Below, one piece after another: positions 1 through 16,800 of a stretch of DNA of 64,000 nucleotides. Source of the DNA: Octopus vulgaris (taxonomy: Eukaryota); the NCBI GenBank assembly GCA_951406725.2, contig OX597829.1:58590001-58654000 (forward strand), read 5' to 3'. Under the pieces are notes generated by a model that was not told the origin of the DNA, searched no databases, and was given only the letters and a program-made list of their open reading frames with translations. The position numbers and the translations under genes are program-made. Positions within the stretch are counted from its first letter, which is position 1. Each line of letters opens with the position of its first letter.

Positions 1-382
1 CGGGTTTGTAAGGGAAATAACTATAAAGCATTTTTAGAGAGTTATAGCCAAAAAATAGCAAAAAAATGGAAAAAAATGGAAAAAAAATAGCAAAAAAATG
101 GGAAAAAAATGATGGTAAATTTTCTTTTGAGAGTTAAAAAGGTCGAGTTGCGTCCACTAGACAGTCTGTAGTTTGTGTTTCTAATTCTCGAGCCCCATGT
201 CGAATTTATCGATTTTTTTCAGAACTGGGGGAACCTTTCAAACTTTTCGCTGCGTTAGTTTTGAATTATGACATTGGGCTATGTGTGTGTCAAGTTTCAT
301 GAGAATCGGTTGAAAACCGGGGTCAGGGTGAGGGTACAACCTGACAGACACACAGACAAACTGTCGTTTATATAGAGAGAGA
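1..382 (-). mobile_element. Non-autonomous Helitron (runs off window start)
   Basis: 5' TC start tctctctctatataaacgacag. Body matches 7518-7840 and 31395-31693, which lead to the cccgagcaacgccggg hairpin. Confidence 0.7.
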
Positions 383-427
383 TAAATATATTCGAAAAAA
401 GACGGACAAAAAAGATACTCTTGCACT

Positions 428-2553
428 TTCACTCTTTTACTTGTTTCGGTCATTTGACTGCGGCCATGCTGGAGCACCGCCTTTAGACACTTGCCCAAGA
501 TGCCACGCAGTGGGACTGAACCCGGAATCATGAGGTTGGTAAGCAAGCTACTTACCACACAGCCACTCCTATGGTTTTATATATATATATACATATATAC
601 GACGGGATTCTTTCAGTTTCCGTCTACCAAATCCACTCACAAGGCTTTGGTCGGCCCGGGGTTATAGCAGAAGACACTTGCCCAAGGTGCCACGCAGTGG
701 GACTGAATCCGGAACCATGTGGTTGGTAAGCAAGCTACTTACCACACAGCCACTCCTATGGTTTTATATATATATATACATATATACGACGGGATTCTTT
801 CAGTTTCCGTCAACCAAATCCACTCACAAGGCTTTGGTCGGCCCGGGGTTATAGCAGAAGACACTTGCCCAAGGTGCCACGCAGTGGGACTGAACCCGGA
901 ACCATGTGGTTGGTTAGAAAGCTACTTACCACACAGCCACTCCTAGCTTATGGAATCGTATTTTTTTTATTCCACTATATGCAAATCGACCCCGGGACTT
1001 ATTCTTTGTAAGCCCAGTACTTATTCTATCGGCCTCTTTTGCCGAACCGCTAAGTGACGGGGCCGTAAACACACCAGCATCGGTTGTCAGGCAATGCTAG
1101 GGGGACAAACACAGACACACAAACACACACACATATATATATATATATACATATATACGACAGGCTTCTTTCAGTTTCCATCTACCAAATCCACTCACAA
1201 GGCATTTGTCGGCCCGGGGCTATAGTAGAAGACACTTGCCCAAGATGCCACGCAGTGGGACTGAACCCGGAACCATGTGGTTGGTAGGCAAACTACTTAC
1301 CACACAGCCACTCCTGCACCTATGTGTGAAGAATTAAATGCAAAGTGGATGACCACAGGATTCGAACTCAGAATGAATAATGATAATTGAATAAAAAAAA
1401 ACGATTCCATGAGCTAGGAGTGGCTGTGTGGTAAGTCGCTTGCTTACCAACCACATGGTTTCGGGTTCAGTCCCACTGCGTGGCATCTTGGGCAAGTGTC
1501 TTCTGCTATAGCCCCGGGCCGACCAAATCCTTGTGAGTGGATTTGGTAGACGGAAACTGAAAGTGCCTATCGTATATATATGTATATATAGGTGCAGGAG
1601 TGGCTGTGTGGTAAGTCGCTTGCTTACCAACCACATGGTTCCGGGTTCGTTCCCACTGCGTGGCATCTTGGGCAATTGTCTTCTGCTACAGCCCCGGGCC
1701 GACCAATGCCTTGTGAGTGGATTTGGTAGACGGAAACTGAAAGAAGCCCGTCGTATATATTGTATATAGGTGCAGGAGTGGCTGTGTGGTAAGTAGTTTG
1801 CCTACCAACAACATGGTTCTGGGTTCAGTCCCACTGCGTGGCATCTTGGCCTAGTGTCTTCTGCTATAGCCCTGGGCCGACCAATGCCTTGTGAGTGGAT
1901 TCGGTAGACAGAAACTGAAAGAAGCCTGTCGTATATATGTATATATATAGACTTAGGATTGGCTGTGTGGTAAGTAGCTTGCTTACCAACCACATGGTTC
2001 CGGGTTCAGTCCCACTGCGTGGCACCTTGGGCAAGTGTCATCTACTATAGCCTCGGGCCGACCAATGCTTTGTGAGTGGATTTGGTAGACGGAAACTGAA
2101 AGAAGCCTGTCGAATATATGTATATATATATATGTATATATAAGCGAAGGAGTGGCTGTGTGGTAAGTAGCTTGCTTACCAACATCATGGTTCCGGGTTC
2201 AGTCCCACTGCGTGGCACCTTGGGCAAGTGTCATCTACTATAGCCTCGGGCCGACCAATGCTTTGTGAGTGAATTTGGTAGACGGAAACTGAAAAGAAGC
2301 CTGTCGAATATATGTATATATATATGTATGTGCGTGTATATGTTTGTGTGTCTGTGTTTGTCCCCCTAGCATAGCTTGACAACCGATGCTGGTGTGTCTA
2401 CGTCCCCGTCAGTTAGCGGTTTCGGCCAAAAGAGACCGATAGAATAAGTACTGGTCTTACAAAAAGAATAAGTCCCGGGGCTCGATTTGCTCGACTAAAA
2501 GGCGGTGCTCCAGCATGGCCGCAGTCAAATGACTGTAACAAGTAAAAGAGTAT
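428..2553. mobile_element. Cluster of tRNA-derived SINE family A: minus copies 428-1322, plus copies 1415-2553
   Basis: Head ggcgcaggagtggctgtgtggtaag (A box), ggttcagtccc (B box), CORE-like ccttgggcaagtgtctt, internal (TA)n, tail gtaaaagagta. Confidence 0.85.
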
Positions 2554-2664
2554 TTAGTCTTAGCACTGTCCTACCAGTTCTGTCACATGATATTCCCTTG
2601 TGAAATATTAAATATTCTTTGATAACTGAAGGAGGTAATATCTTCAATGACCTATTCAAAATGT

Positions 2665-2680
2665 GATATATGTTTGTGTA

Positions 2681-2739
<59 letters not shown>

Positions 2740-2874
2740 GTGTGTGTGTGTGTGTGTGAATGTATATATGTACACACACACACACACATATATATATACA
2801 TATATATATCAACATCTGCATGCATATATATATATATATATGGGTGTGTATGTTTGAATCTCTGTGTGTATAGT

Positions 2875-2935
<61 letters not shown>

Positions 2936-3018
2936 GCACCCAAACATATTTATATAATATAGATATATGCATATATATATATATATATAAATACATATAT
3001 ATATATATATATATATAA

Positions 3019-3063
<45 letters not shown>

Positions 3064-3214
3064 TGTATAGATGTATATATGTATATTCACACACATGCAC
3101 ACACATATATATATTTATATATATACATATATATATATAAACACCACCATGCATATATATGGGTGTGTACCTATGAATGTCTGTGTGTATAAACCTGTCT
3201 GTATATATATATAT

Positions 3215-3247
<33 letters not shown>

Positions 3248-3305
3248 CTCATATATACACACAGACATTCACACGTACACACCCCTATATATACATGCTG
3301 TTATT

Positions 3306-3351
<46 letters not shown>

Positions 3352-3360
3352 TATACACAT
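2665..3360. repeat. (TA)n/(CA)n/(TG)n compound microsatellite
   Basis: Direct reading. Confidence 0.95.
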
Positions 3361-3647
3361 GAAGTCAGTTGTTTAACAGTTGCAGTGTTCATAGATAGTG
3401 CTGGATAAATGTCAATTTCCTTATTAAGATTATAAAATTCTATCCATCAAAGAGCATGAGTCAGGATGGTCGCATTGAGCTGGCTCCAGTTTCCATGGAT
3501 TTAGAGACAATTCGAACACATTGACAGTATTATTGGGCATATCTAGGCATTAAGCAAGGAGATCTTCCTTGATAAGGTGCCAAATTGAGAGCCGTGACGG
3601 TTTATGGCTTTACATAGGAAGAGTTTGAAGTTGGAAAATGGACTAGA

Positions 3648-5302
3648 AGGCGCAGGGGGTGGCTGTGTGGTAAGTAGCTTGCTAACCAATCACATGGTTC
3701 CGGGTTCAGTTCCACTGCGTGGCACGTTGGGCGAGAGTCTTCTGCTAGAGTCCGGGGCCGACAAAATCCTTGTGAGTGGATTTGGTAGACGGAAACTGAA
3801 AGAAGCCTGTCGTATATATGTATATATGTATATAGGCGTAGGAGTGGTTGTGTGGTAAGTAGCTTGCTAAACAACCACATGGTTCCGGGTTCAGTCCCAC
3901 TGCGTGGCATCTTGGGCAAGTGTCTTCTGCTATAGCCCCGGGCCGACCAATGCTTTATGAGTAGATTAGGTAGACGGAAACTGAAAGAAGCCTGTCGTAT
4001 TTATGTGTATATATAGGTGTAGGAGTGGCTGTGTGGTAAGTAGCTTGTTAACCAACCACATGGTTCCGGGTTCAGTCCCACTGTGTGGCATCTTGGGCAA
4101 GTGCCTTCTACTATAGCCATGGGCCGACCAAAGCCTTTTGAGTGGATTTGGTACACGGAAACTGAAAGAAGCCCATCATATATATATATATAGGCATAGG
4201 AGTGGCCCTGTGGTAAGTAGCTTGCTAACCAACCACATGGTTGCGGGTTCAGTCCCACTGCGTGGAATCTTGGGCAAGTGTCTTCTGCTATAGCCCCGGG
4301 TCGACCAATGCCTTGTGAATCGATTTGGTAGACGGAAACTGAAAGAAGCCTGTCGTATACATGCATATATATAGGTGCAGGAGTGGCTGTGTGGTAAGTA
4401 GCTTACTAACCAACCACATGGTTCCGGGTTCAGTACCACTGCCTGGCATCTTGGGCAAGAGTCTTCTGCTATTGCCCCGCGCCGACCAATGCCTTGTGAG
4501 TGGATTTGGTAGACGGAAACTGAAAGAAGCCCATCGTATATATATTTATGTGCAGGAGTGGTTGTGTGGTAAGTAGCACGTTAACCAATCACATGGTTCC
4601 GGGTTCAGTCCCACTGCGTGGCATCTTGGGCAAGTGTCTTCTGCTATAGCCCCGGGCTGACCAATGACTTGTGAGTGGATTTGGCAGACGGAAACTAAAA
4701 GAAGCCCATCGTATATATATTTATGTGCTGGAGTGGTTGTGTGGTAAGTAGCTTGTTAACCAACCACATTGTTCCGGGTTCAGTCCCACTGCGTGGATAT
4801 CTTGGGCAAGTGTCTTCTGCTATAGCCCCGGGCCGACCAATGCCTTGTGAGTGGATTTGGTAGACGGAAACTGAAAGAAGCCCATCGTATATATATATAG
4901 GCGCAGGAGTGGCTGTGTGGTAAGTAGCTTGCTAACCAACCACATGGTTCCGGGTTCAGTCCCACTGCGTGGCATCTTGGGCAAGTGTCTTCTGCTATAG
5001 CCCCGGGCCGACCAATGCCTTGTGAGTGGATTTGGTAGACAGAAACTTAAAGAAGACTGTCGAATATATATAGGTGTAGGAGTGGCTGTGTGGTAAGTTG
5101 CTTGCTAACCAACCACATGGTTCCGGGTTCAGTCCCACTGCGTGGCATCTTGGGCTATAGCCCAAGATGTCTTCTGCTATAGCCCCGGCTGACCAATGAC
5201 TTATGAGTGGATTTTGTAGACGGAAACTGTGGTAAGTAGCTTGCTTACCAACTACATGGTTCCGGGTTCAGTCCCTCTGCGTGGCACCTTGGGCAAGTGT
5301 CT
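3648..5302 (+). mobile_element. Tandem array of about 9-10 SINE A heads
   Basis: ~178-bp units each ending in tcg(ta)n. Confidence 0.85.
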
Positions 5303-5596
5303 ATATGCATATTCTATACACATATTCTACTTATATGGAATATACGGTTATCATTGGAATCATTTTAATATCAACAGTTTATATTATTCCACGGTTCCAT
5401 TTAGAATTGTGAGTTTCCCATCACAACAACTACATTTTAATTTAATTCCATTTTAATCTAAAGATCTACATTCTATATTCTACGTGTGGTCAGAAGCATT
5501 TACCAGCAATGGTAGTTGGCAGGGAGCCAGGTTTTAACATTTATTGAAATGGTATTGACATTCATTTCTTGGAATTAGAAACTACTTATTCTGCCA

Positions 5597-7517
<1,921 letters not shown>

Positions 7518-7518
<1 letters not shown>

Positions 7519-9428
7519 ACCCTCACCCTGACCACGGCTTTCAACCGATTCTGATGAAACTTGACACACACATAGCCCAATGTCATAATTCAAAACTAAC
7601 GCAGCGAAAATTTTGAAAAGTTCCCCCAGTTCTGAAAAAAATCGATAAATTCGACATGGGGATCGAGAATCAGAAACACAAACCACAGACTGTCTAGGGG
7701 ACGCAACTCGAACTTTTTTAACTCTCAAAAAAAATTTACCATCATTTTTTTCAAAATTTTTTGCTATTTTTTGGCTATAACTCTCTAAAAATGCTTTATA
7801 GTTATTTCCCTTACAAAGCCGAGCAACGCCGGGCGATACTTCATATCGAGCCCTTCTGGGTATTAGCGCGCGTCTACGATGAGTCAACGATTTTGAAAAA
7901 AATCTACCATCATTTTTCTCCATTTTTAATGCATTTTTTTGCTATTTTTTCGCTATAACTCTCTGAAAATGCTTTATAGTTATTTCCCTTCCAAACCCGA
8001 GCAACGCCAGGCGATACTTCATATCGGGCCCTTCTGGGTATTAGCGCGCGTCTACGATGAGTCAACGATTTTTAAAAAAATCTACCATCATTTTTCTCCA
8101 TTTTTAATACATTTTTTTGCTATCTTTTGGCTATAACTCTCTAAAAATGCTTTATAGTTATTTCCCTTACAAACCCGAGCAACGCCGGGCAATACTTCAT
8201 ATCGAGCCCTTCTGGGTATTAACGCGCGTCTACGATGAGTCAACGATTTTTAAAAAGATCTACCATCATTTTTCTCCATTTTTAATGCATTTTTTTGCTA
8301 TTTTTTGGCTATAACTCTCTAAAAATGCTTTATAGTTATTTCCCTTACAAACCCGAGCAACGCCGGGCGATACTTCATATCGAGCCCTTCTAGGTATTAG
8401 CGCGAATCTACGATGAGTCTACGATTTAAAAAAAAATTTACCATCAGTTTTTTTCCCATTTTTTTGCTATTTTTTTGCTATAACTCACTAAAAATGCTTT
8501 ATAGTTATTTCCCTTACAAACCCGAGCAACGACGGGTGATACTTCATATCGAGCCCTTCTGGGTATTAGCGCGCGTCTACGATGAGTCAACGATTTTTAA
8601 AAAAATCTACCATCATTTTTCTCCATTTTTAATGCATTTTTTGCTATCTTTTGGCTATAACTCTCTAAAAATGCTTTATAGTTATTTCCCTTGCAAACCC
8701 GAGCAACGCCGGGCGATACTTCATATCGAGCCCTTCTGGGTATTAGCGCGCGTCTACGATGAGTCAACGATTTTAAAAAAGATCTACCATCATTTTTTCC
8801 CATTTTTAATGCATTTTTTTGCTATTTTTTGGCTATAACTCTCTAAAAATGCTTTATAGTTATTTCCCTTACAAACCCGAGCAACGACGGGCGATACTTC
8901 ATATCGAGCCCTTCTGGGTATTAGCGCGAATCTACGATGAGTCTACGATTTAAAAAAAAATTTACCATCAGTTTTTTTCCCATTTTTTTGCTATTTTTTG
9001 CTATAACTCGCTAAAAATGCTTTATAGTTATTTCCCTTACAAACCCGAGCAACGCCGGGTGATACTTCATATCGAGCCCTTCTGGGTATTAGCGCGCGTC
9101 TACGATGAGTCAACGATTTTTAAAAAAAATCTACCATCATTTTTCTCCATTTTTAATGCATTTTTTTGCTATCTTTTGGCTATAACTCTCTAAAAATGCT
9201 TTATAGTTATTTCCCTTGCAAACCCGAGCAACGCCGGGCGATACTTCATATCGAGCCCTTCTGGGTATTAGCGCGCGTCTACGATGAGTCAACGATTTTA
9301 AAAAAGATCTACCATCATTTTTCTCCATTTTTAATGCATTTTTTTGCTATTTTTTGGCTATAACTCTCTAAAAATGCTTTATAGTTATTTCCCTTACAAA
9401 TCCGAGCAACGCCGGGTGATACTGCTAG
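7518..9428 (+). mobile_element. Non-autonomous Helitron with about 9 tandem 170-178-bp subterminal units
   Basis: Each unit has the hairpin cccgagcaacgccgggcgatact; only the last continues to gctag|t (CTAG 9425-9428). Confidence 0.75.
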
Positions 9429-9804
9429 TATTCTATATTCTACGTTTCGTAAGAAGCATTTACCAGCAATGGTAGTTGGCAGAGAGTCAGGATTTAACAT
9501 TTATCGAAAGGGTGTTGACATTCACTTCTTGGAATTATAAGCTACTTATTCTGCCCGAAATGCAGAGAATGAGGTCTAATGGTTTTATGATCTGTTGTGG
9601 AAAATATAATGAGGAATTTTAATCTGTTAAGATAGCCGCAATTCACGTTTGAAATGTTTCTATACTTTAAATAGTGTCAAACGTACACTATCTATTATTT
9701 GTCATCACCGTCAACATCACCGTCTTCATCTTCATCATCATCATCATCGTCATCGTCGTCGTCATCGTCATCATCATCATCATCATCGTCATCATCATCA
9801 TCAT

Positions 9805-12662
9805 TACCACACAGCCACTCTTACACCTATATAAACATATATACGACGAGCTTCTTTCAGTTTCCGTCTACCAAATCCACTCACAAGACTTTGGTCAGCC
9901 CGAGGCTCTAGGAGAAGACACTGGTCCAAGGTACCACACAGTGGGACTGAACCCGGAACCATGTGGTTGGTAAGCAAGCTACTTACCACACAGCCACTCC
10001 TACGCCTATATATATATACACATATATACGACAGGCTTCTTTCAATTTCCGTCTACCTAATCCACTCACAAGGTTTTGGTCAGCTCGGGGCTATAGCAGA
10101 AGACACTTGCCCAAGATGCCACACAGTGGGAATGGATCCGGAACCATGTGGTTGTTTAGCAAGCTACTTACAACACATCCACTCCTACGCCTATATATAT
10201 ACGACGGGCTTCTTTCAGTTTCCGTCTACCAAATCCACTCACAAGGCTTTGTTTAGCCCGAGGCTACAGTACAAGACACTTGCTCAAGATGCCACACAGT
10301 GGGACTGAACCCAGAACCATGTGGTTGGCAAGCAAGCTACTTACCACACAGCCACTCCTGCACCTATATACATATATACGACGAGCTTCTTTCAGTTTCC
10401 GTCTACCAAATCCACTCACAAGGCTTTGTTTAGCCAGAGGCTACAGTACAAGACACTTGCTCAAGATGCCACACAGTGGGACTGAACCCAGAACCATGTG
10501 GTTGGCAAGCAAGCTACTTACCACACAGCCACTCCTGCACCTATATACATATATACGACGAGCTTCTTTCAGTTTCCGTCTACTAAATCCACTCACAAGG
10601 CTTTGGTCGGCCCGAGGCTATAGCAGAAGACACTTGCCCAAGATGCCACGCAGTGGGACTGAACCCAGAACCATGTGGTTGGTATGCAAGCTACTTACCA
10701 CACAGCCACTCGTATGCCTATATATATACGACGAGCTTCTTTCAGTTTCCGTCTACCAAATCCACTCACATGGCTTTGGTCGGCCCAAGGCTATAGTAGA
10801 AGACACTTGGCCAAGGTGCCACGCAGTGGGACTGAACCCAGAACCATGTGGTTGGCAAGCAAGCTACTTACCACACAGCCACTCCTGTACCTATATACAT
10901 ATATACGACAGGCTTCTTTCAGTTTCCGTCTACAAAAATCCACTCACAAGGCTTTGGTCGGCCCCAGGCTATAGCAGAAGACACTTGGCCTAGGTGCCAC
11001 GCAGTGGAACTGAACCCAGAACCATGTGGTTGGTTAGCAAGCTACTTAACACACAGCCACTTCTATGCTTGTATATATATATATACGACGAGCTTCTTTC
11101 AGTTTCCATCAACCAAATCCACTCACAAGGCTTTGGTCGGCCCAAGGCTATAGTAGAAGAAACTTGGCCAAGGTGCCACGCAGTTGGACTGAACCTGGAA
11201 CCATGTGGTTGGCAAGCAAGCTACTTACCACACAGACACTCCTGTACCTATTTACATATATACGACAGGCTTCTTTCAGTTTCCCTCTACCAAATCCACT
11301 CACAAGGCTTTGGTCGGCCCCAGGCTATAGCAGAAGACACTTGGCCAAGGTGCCACGCAGTGGAACTGAACCCAGAACCATGTGGTTGGTAAGCAAGCTA
11401 CTTACCACACAGCCACTCCTTCACCTATATACATATATACGACGAGCTTCTTTCAGTTTCCGTCTACCAAATCCACTCATAAGGCTTTGGTCGGCTAGAG
11501 GCTATAGCAGAAGACACTTGCCCAAGATGCCACGCAGTGGCACTGAACCCGGAACCATGTGGTTGGTAAGCAAGCTACTTACCACACAGCCACTCGTATG
11601 CCTATATATATACGACGAGCTTCGTTCAGTTTCCGTCTACCAAATCCACTCACAAGGCTTTGGTCGGCCCGAGGCTACAGTAGAAGACACTTGCCCAAGA
11701 TGCCACGCAGTGGGACTGAACCCAGACCCATGTAGTTGGTAAGCAAGCTACTTACCACGCAGCCACTCCTGCACCTATATACATATATACGACGAGCTTC
11801 TTTCAGTTTCCATCAACCAAATCCACTCACAAGGCTTTGGTCGGCCCAAGGCTATAGTAGAAGAAACTTGGCCAAGGTGCCACGCAGTTGGACTGAACCT
11901 GGAACCATGTGGTTGGCAAGCAAGCTACTTACCACACAGACACTCCTGTACCTATTTACATATATACGACAGGCTTCTTTCAGTTTCCCTCTACCAAATC
12001 CACTCACAAGGCTTTGGTCGGCCCCTGGCTATAGCAGAAGACACTTGGCCAAGGTGCCACGCAGTGGAACTGAACCCAGAACCATGTGGTTTGTAAGCAA
12101 GCTACTTACCACACAGTCACTCCTGTACCTATATACATATATACGACAGGCTTCTTTCAGTTTCCGTCTACCAAATCCACTCACAAGGCTTTGGTCGGCC
12201 CCAGGCTATAGTAGAAGACACTTGGCCAAGGTGCCACGCAGTTCGACTGAACCCGGAACCATGTGGTTGTCAAGCAAGCTACTTACCACACAGCCACTCC
12301 TGTACCTATATACATATATACGACAGGCTTCTTTCAGTTTCCGTCTACCAAATCCACTCACAAGGCTTTGGTCAGCCCCAGGCTATAGCAGAAGACACTT
12401 GGCCTAGGTGCCACGCAGTGGAACTGAACCCAGAACCATGTGGTTGGTAAGCAAGCTACTTACCACAAACCCACTCCTACGCCTATACACATATATACGA
12501 CGAGCTTCTTTCAGTTTCCGTCTACCAAATCCACTCACAAGGCTTTGGTCGGCTCGAGGCTATAGCAGAAGACACTTGCCCAAGATGCCACGCAGTGGGA
12601 CTGAACCCAGAACCATGTAGTTGGCAAGCAAGCTACTTACCACACAGCCACTCCTGCGCCTA
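9805..12662 (-). mobile_element. Tandem array of about 16 SINE A heads
   Basis: ~178-bp head-to-tail units; explains the repetitive ORFs between 9961 and 12620. Confidence 0.9.
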
Positions 12663-13134
12663 TATATATTTATATATCTTAGTAAAGGTGTGTATCCAAT
12701 GCCTCTTACACTCCGCATATCTACATATCTATTATTATAAATACACGACACAACTTATTTCGTTGCTAAATAGATCGTCTTTTAATGTCGATTCTACACA
12801 ATCTCATTTACTTCCACCATAAACTTGTAGCTTCGTGCCTAAATAAGAACTCTGTATCTCTCAGCGCCAGAGTTTCTCTAACGTTAACTATTATTAGCTT
12901 ACAGTATTTATTTAAAAAAAAATTCCTCTGCATATTACGATACTTGGAAGCTCAACATCAAAAGACTATGTTCATCTGTGAATGCCATTTTTTCTTATAG
13001 ATCTGTGATGGTCTGGTGGTAATCTTCTTAACAGAACTCTTTCCAAGTTGGTGCTAATTCTATCTATTATTGGTGAATCTAATTTGCATTGCGTAAACGA
13101 AGCAGAGAGCCAGTGAAAATAGCAGATACTAAAC

Positions 13135-13224
13135 ATACTCTTTACTCTTTACTCTTTTACTTGTTTCAGTCATTTGACTGCGGCCATGCTGGAGCACCGC
13201 CTTTTTTTTGTAAGCCTAGTATTT

Positions 13225-13266
<42 letters not shown>

Positions 13267-14085
13267 TATATATATACATATATACGACAGGATTCTTTCA
13301 GTTTCCGTCTACCAAATCCACTCAAAAGGTTTTGGACGGCCCGGGGCTATAGTAGAAAATACTTGCCGAAGGTGCCACGCAGAGGGACTGAACCCGGAAC
13401 CATGTAGTTGGTAAGCAAGCTACTTACCACACAGCCACTCCTGTGCTTATATATATATATATATACGACAGGCTTCTTTCAGTTTCCATCTACCAAATCC
13501 ACTCACAAGGCATTGGTCGGCCCGAGGCTATAGTAGAAGACACTTGCCCAAGGTGCCACGCAGTGGGACTGAACCCGGAACCATGTGGTTCGTTAGCAAG
13601 CTACTTACCACGCAGCCACTCCTGCGCCTATTGCTAATCTATCAACTTGCCCTTCGCTTTCTCATTTGCAACTCAACTAATCTCTCATCTTGAGGTGTTT
13701 TTCTTTTTTGTTATATTTGCTCTTTCTGTTTACATGTTTAAGTCATTAGGCGCAGGAGTGGCTGTGTGGTAAGTAGCTTGCTCACCAACCACATGGCTCC
13801 GGGTTCAGTCCCACTACGTAGCACCTTGGGCAAGTGTCTTCTACTATAGCCTCGGACCGACCAAAGCCTTGTGAGTGGATTTGGTAGATGGAAACTGAAA
13901 GAAGCCTTTCATATATACGACAGGCTTCTTTTCAGTTTCCGTCTACCAAATCCAATCACAAGGCTTTATTCGGCCCGAGCCTATAGTAGAAGACACCTGC
14001 CCAAGGTGCCACGCAGTGGGACTGAGCCCGGAACCATGTCGCTGGTAAGCAAGCTACTTACCGCACAGCCACTCCTATACCTATA
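13135..14085. mobile_element. SINE A copies in mixed orientation
   Basis: Minus 13135-13630, plus 13748-13912, minus 13912-14085. Confidence 0.8.
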
Positions 14086-14089
14086 TATT

Positions 14090-16800
14090 CAAGCGAATTG
14101 CCCGGCGTTGCTCGGGGCTGAATTGCTTGAAAGTACTGTTAATGATTGCACTGAATTATGATGATTATTCAGGCAAATATTGATATAAGTTTACGGTGGG
14201 AGATAAGGACTTAACGATCCAACGTGTGCCATTGCATTGTTTTGGGGGAACCAAATTTCTAATGAGCATTATAGGGGCACCAACTTTAAGTTTGAGAATG
14301 TGTGGTGGTAGTCCGGGGGGCTCAAAGGAATTGAGTACCTCTATTGGATAGTTGATGACGTCCTCTGGGTCAGGAGTTGTATCGATAGACTTATATACAT
14401 AGACATCTCCAGGAATGAGTTTTAGCATTTCATCATTAATATGGTGAACAGTTTTATTCCTCGGGGCCAGAATAGCCCTTTGTCCAATCCAATCCATATT
14501 CTGATAATTAGCTTGTAGATCTGGGAACACTGCATCTCTGAGATCAGAAGGCGTTTTAACAATGGTACAAATGGAATCGATGGCAATATTACCATTTTCA
14601 TCCCCTGGTATTTTGCCTTCGCCAAGTGCAAGGAGGGTGTGAGAAAATGTTGCTGATGTGATATCACGTCGCATATGAGCACGCATATTGGTGTGACGTT
14701 TGAGAGTCTTCACCAGTGGCCACAATGTGGATGACTTAAGACACGCACTTACTGCATCAGCTCTAGTCCCTTTGGGAATAACGGGAAGTGTTTGTCGGAA
14801 GTCCCCTGAAAGAAGAAGTGTTATGCCTCGCATGGGAGCTGAAGAGTGTTTGATGTCTCTGAGAGATCTATCTAGTGCCTCAAGAGCACCTCTGTGGGCC
14901 ATCGTGCATTCATCCCAAACGATAAGCTTGCATCGTCTGAAGACTTCTGCCTAATCGGAGCTGTTACTGATGTTGCAAGTTGGTGTCTCAGTCTTCGCTA
15001 AGTCAAGTGGAAGCTTGAAAGTGGAGTAAGCTGTCCTGCCGCCTGGCAACAAAGTAGCCGCAATTCCAGATGATGCCACAGCTAGGGCAATGCCTTGTGT
15101 TCGCCTAATCTCAGCCAATATTAATTAGTTGACAAAAGTTTTCCCAGTGCCCCCAGGAGCATCCAGGAAAAAAATCCCCCCAGCTTTGGCCCGGACTGAA
15201 TTAACAACGGAGTTGTAAGCGAACTTCTGTTCTGGAAGGAGCTTTGGCTCATTGTCGGCTATGTACTTGGTAAGCTCGTCAACATTAAAACATTTCTCAC
15301 GTAGCAAATGTGAAGACAGAGTGTTTGTGCCTTCCCGGTTTGTTGAAGGTAGGCCATAGACCGGCAAGGCATTACCGCCCATATCAAGTACAGTATCTTC
15401 GAACGTAGTTTGTTACCACACAGCCACACCTGCCCCTATGTATGTGTGTGTGTGTGTGTACGTGTGTGTGTACGTGTGTGTGTATGGGTAGATATATTAT
15501 GCATGTATATATGTGTATATATATATATACATCTACACATAAAATACAAAATAGAAAGTTATATCTTGATATCGCTAGTGATAACAATACTCAAAATATA
15601 TAACAGACTGAAATTGTAGGCCCGTCTCTTGCAATTTTGATCAATTGGATCTTGTATAGAAGTGTACGGCTGCAGCGAAATTCATTTTTGGACTTTCTTC
15701 TATCGAAGGCATTTTAACAAAAATGCTTCCGTAAAGACGGTGAAAATATTGTCAATTTCCCCACAATTCAATTTTAAAACAATAACCAAAGCCCCTTCTC
15801 CGAAAGGGGGAGGGTTACGATTTACAATTATTTAACAAATGCAACACAACAACGTTTCCCTGACGAGGAACCAACAAACGTGATTACAATAGTCAAACAG
15901 TAATAATAATAACAACAAACCTTTTTAATTTATCCCCATTTATGTGAAACCATTTATTCAAGTTCAAGTCATTGATGCAATTTCATACGAATTGCTAATA
16001 CACACACACACACACATAATAAGGGTGAAAAATTGAATATTAATTTGATTAATATGAATTGAAAACCAGTGGTGTAGCATATAAGACCACAGCGGATCTT
16101 CTTCTAGCAAAAAGGATGACCAGTATTAATTGCTCATCCCTTTTATATAAATACTTTCACTTTAATCGTTGCACACTTGCAAAGAGAAAGTAGCAGAAAG
16201 TGTAGTGGTAATGGTAGGAGTGAAGCACTGGAAATGAAAGAGGGAAATGGTAAAATATTGAGTTTTCTCGAATTTTTGCTTAATTGGGGGTCAAATTGAA
16301 AGATATTTATATGCCATGACCGAATGGAAGTACTTGGAAAAATCATAGGTAAACTCTAATTGAAGAAATTGTGTGAGGAGTAAATCGTTATGTATTTATT
16401 TGTTTCTGTTTGCTGTGTTCTTTTTTAAAAGTGGTTTAAGGTACACTTGCAAAGAGAAAGTGGGAGAAATTAGGGTGATAGCATGAGTGAAGCAGTTCAT
16501 CCCAGTTATATAAATAGTTTCACTTTAATTGTTGCACACTTGCAAAGAGAAAGTAGCAGAAAGTGTGGTGGTAATGGTAGGAGTGAAGCACTTTAAATGA
16601 AAGAGGGAAATGGTAAAATATTTACGTTTTTCGAATTTTTGCTTAATTGGGGGTGAAATTTAAAAAACTTCACATGCCACGACCCGATGGAATCTACTTG
16701 TAAAAATGATAGGTAAATTCCAATTGAAGATATTCTAAATTGTAGAATTGTATAAAAAACAAACGGTTTGGGAGGCAGATAAAATCTGCCTTTTATAATA

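Noticed and set aside
9700-9805. Poly-His / poly-Ser ORFs
   Set aside because: (CAT)n microsatellite.
9961-12620. Repetitive ORFs ([23 protein letters not shown])
   Set aside because: Translations of tandem SINE heads.
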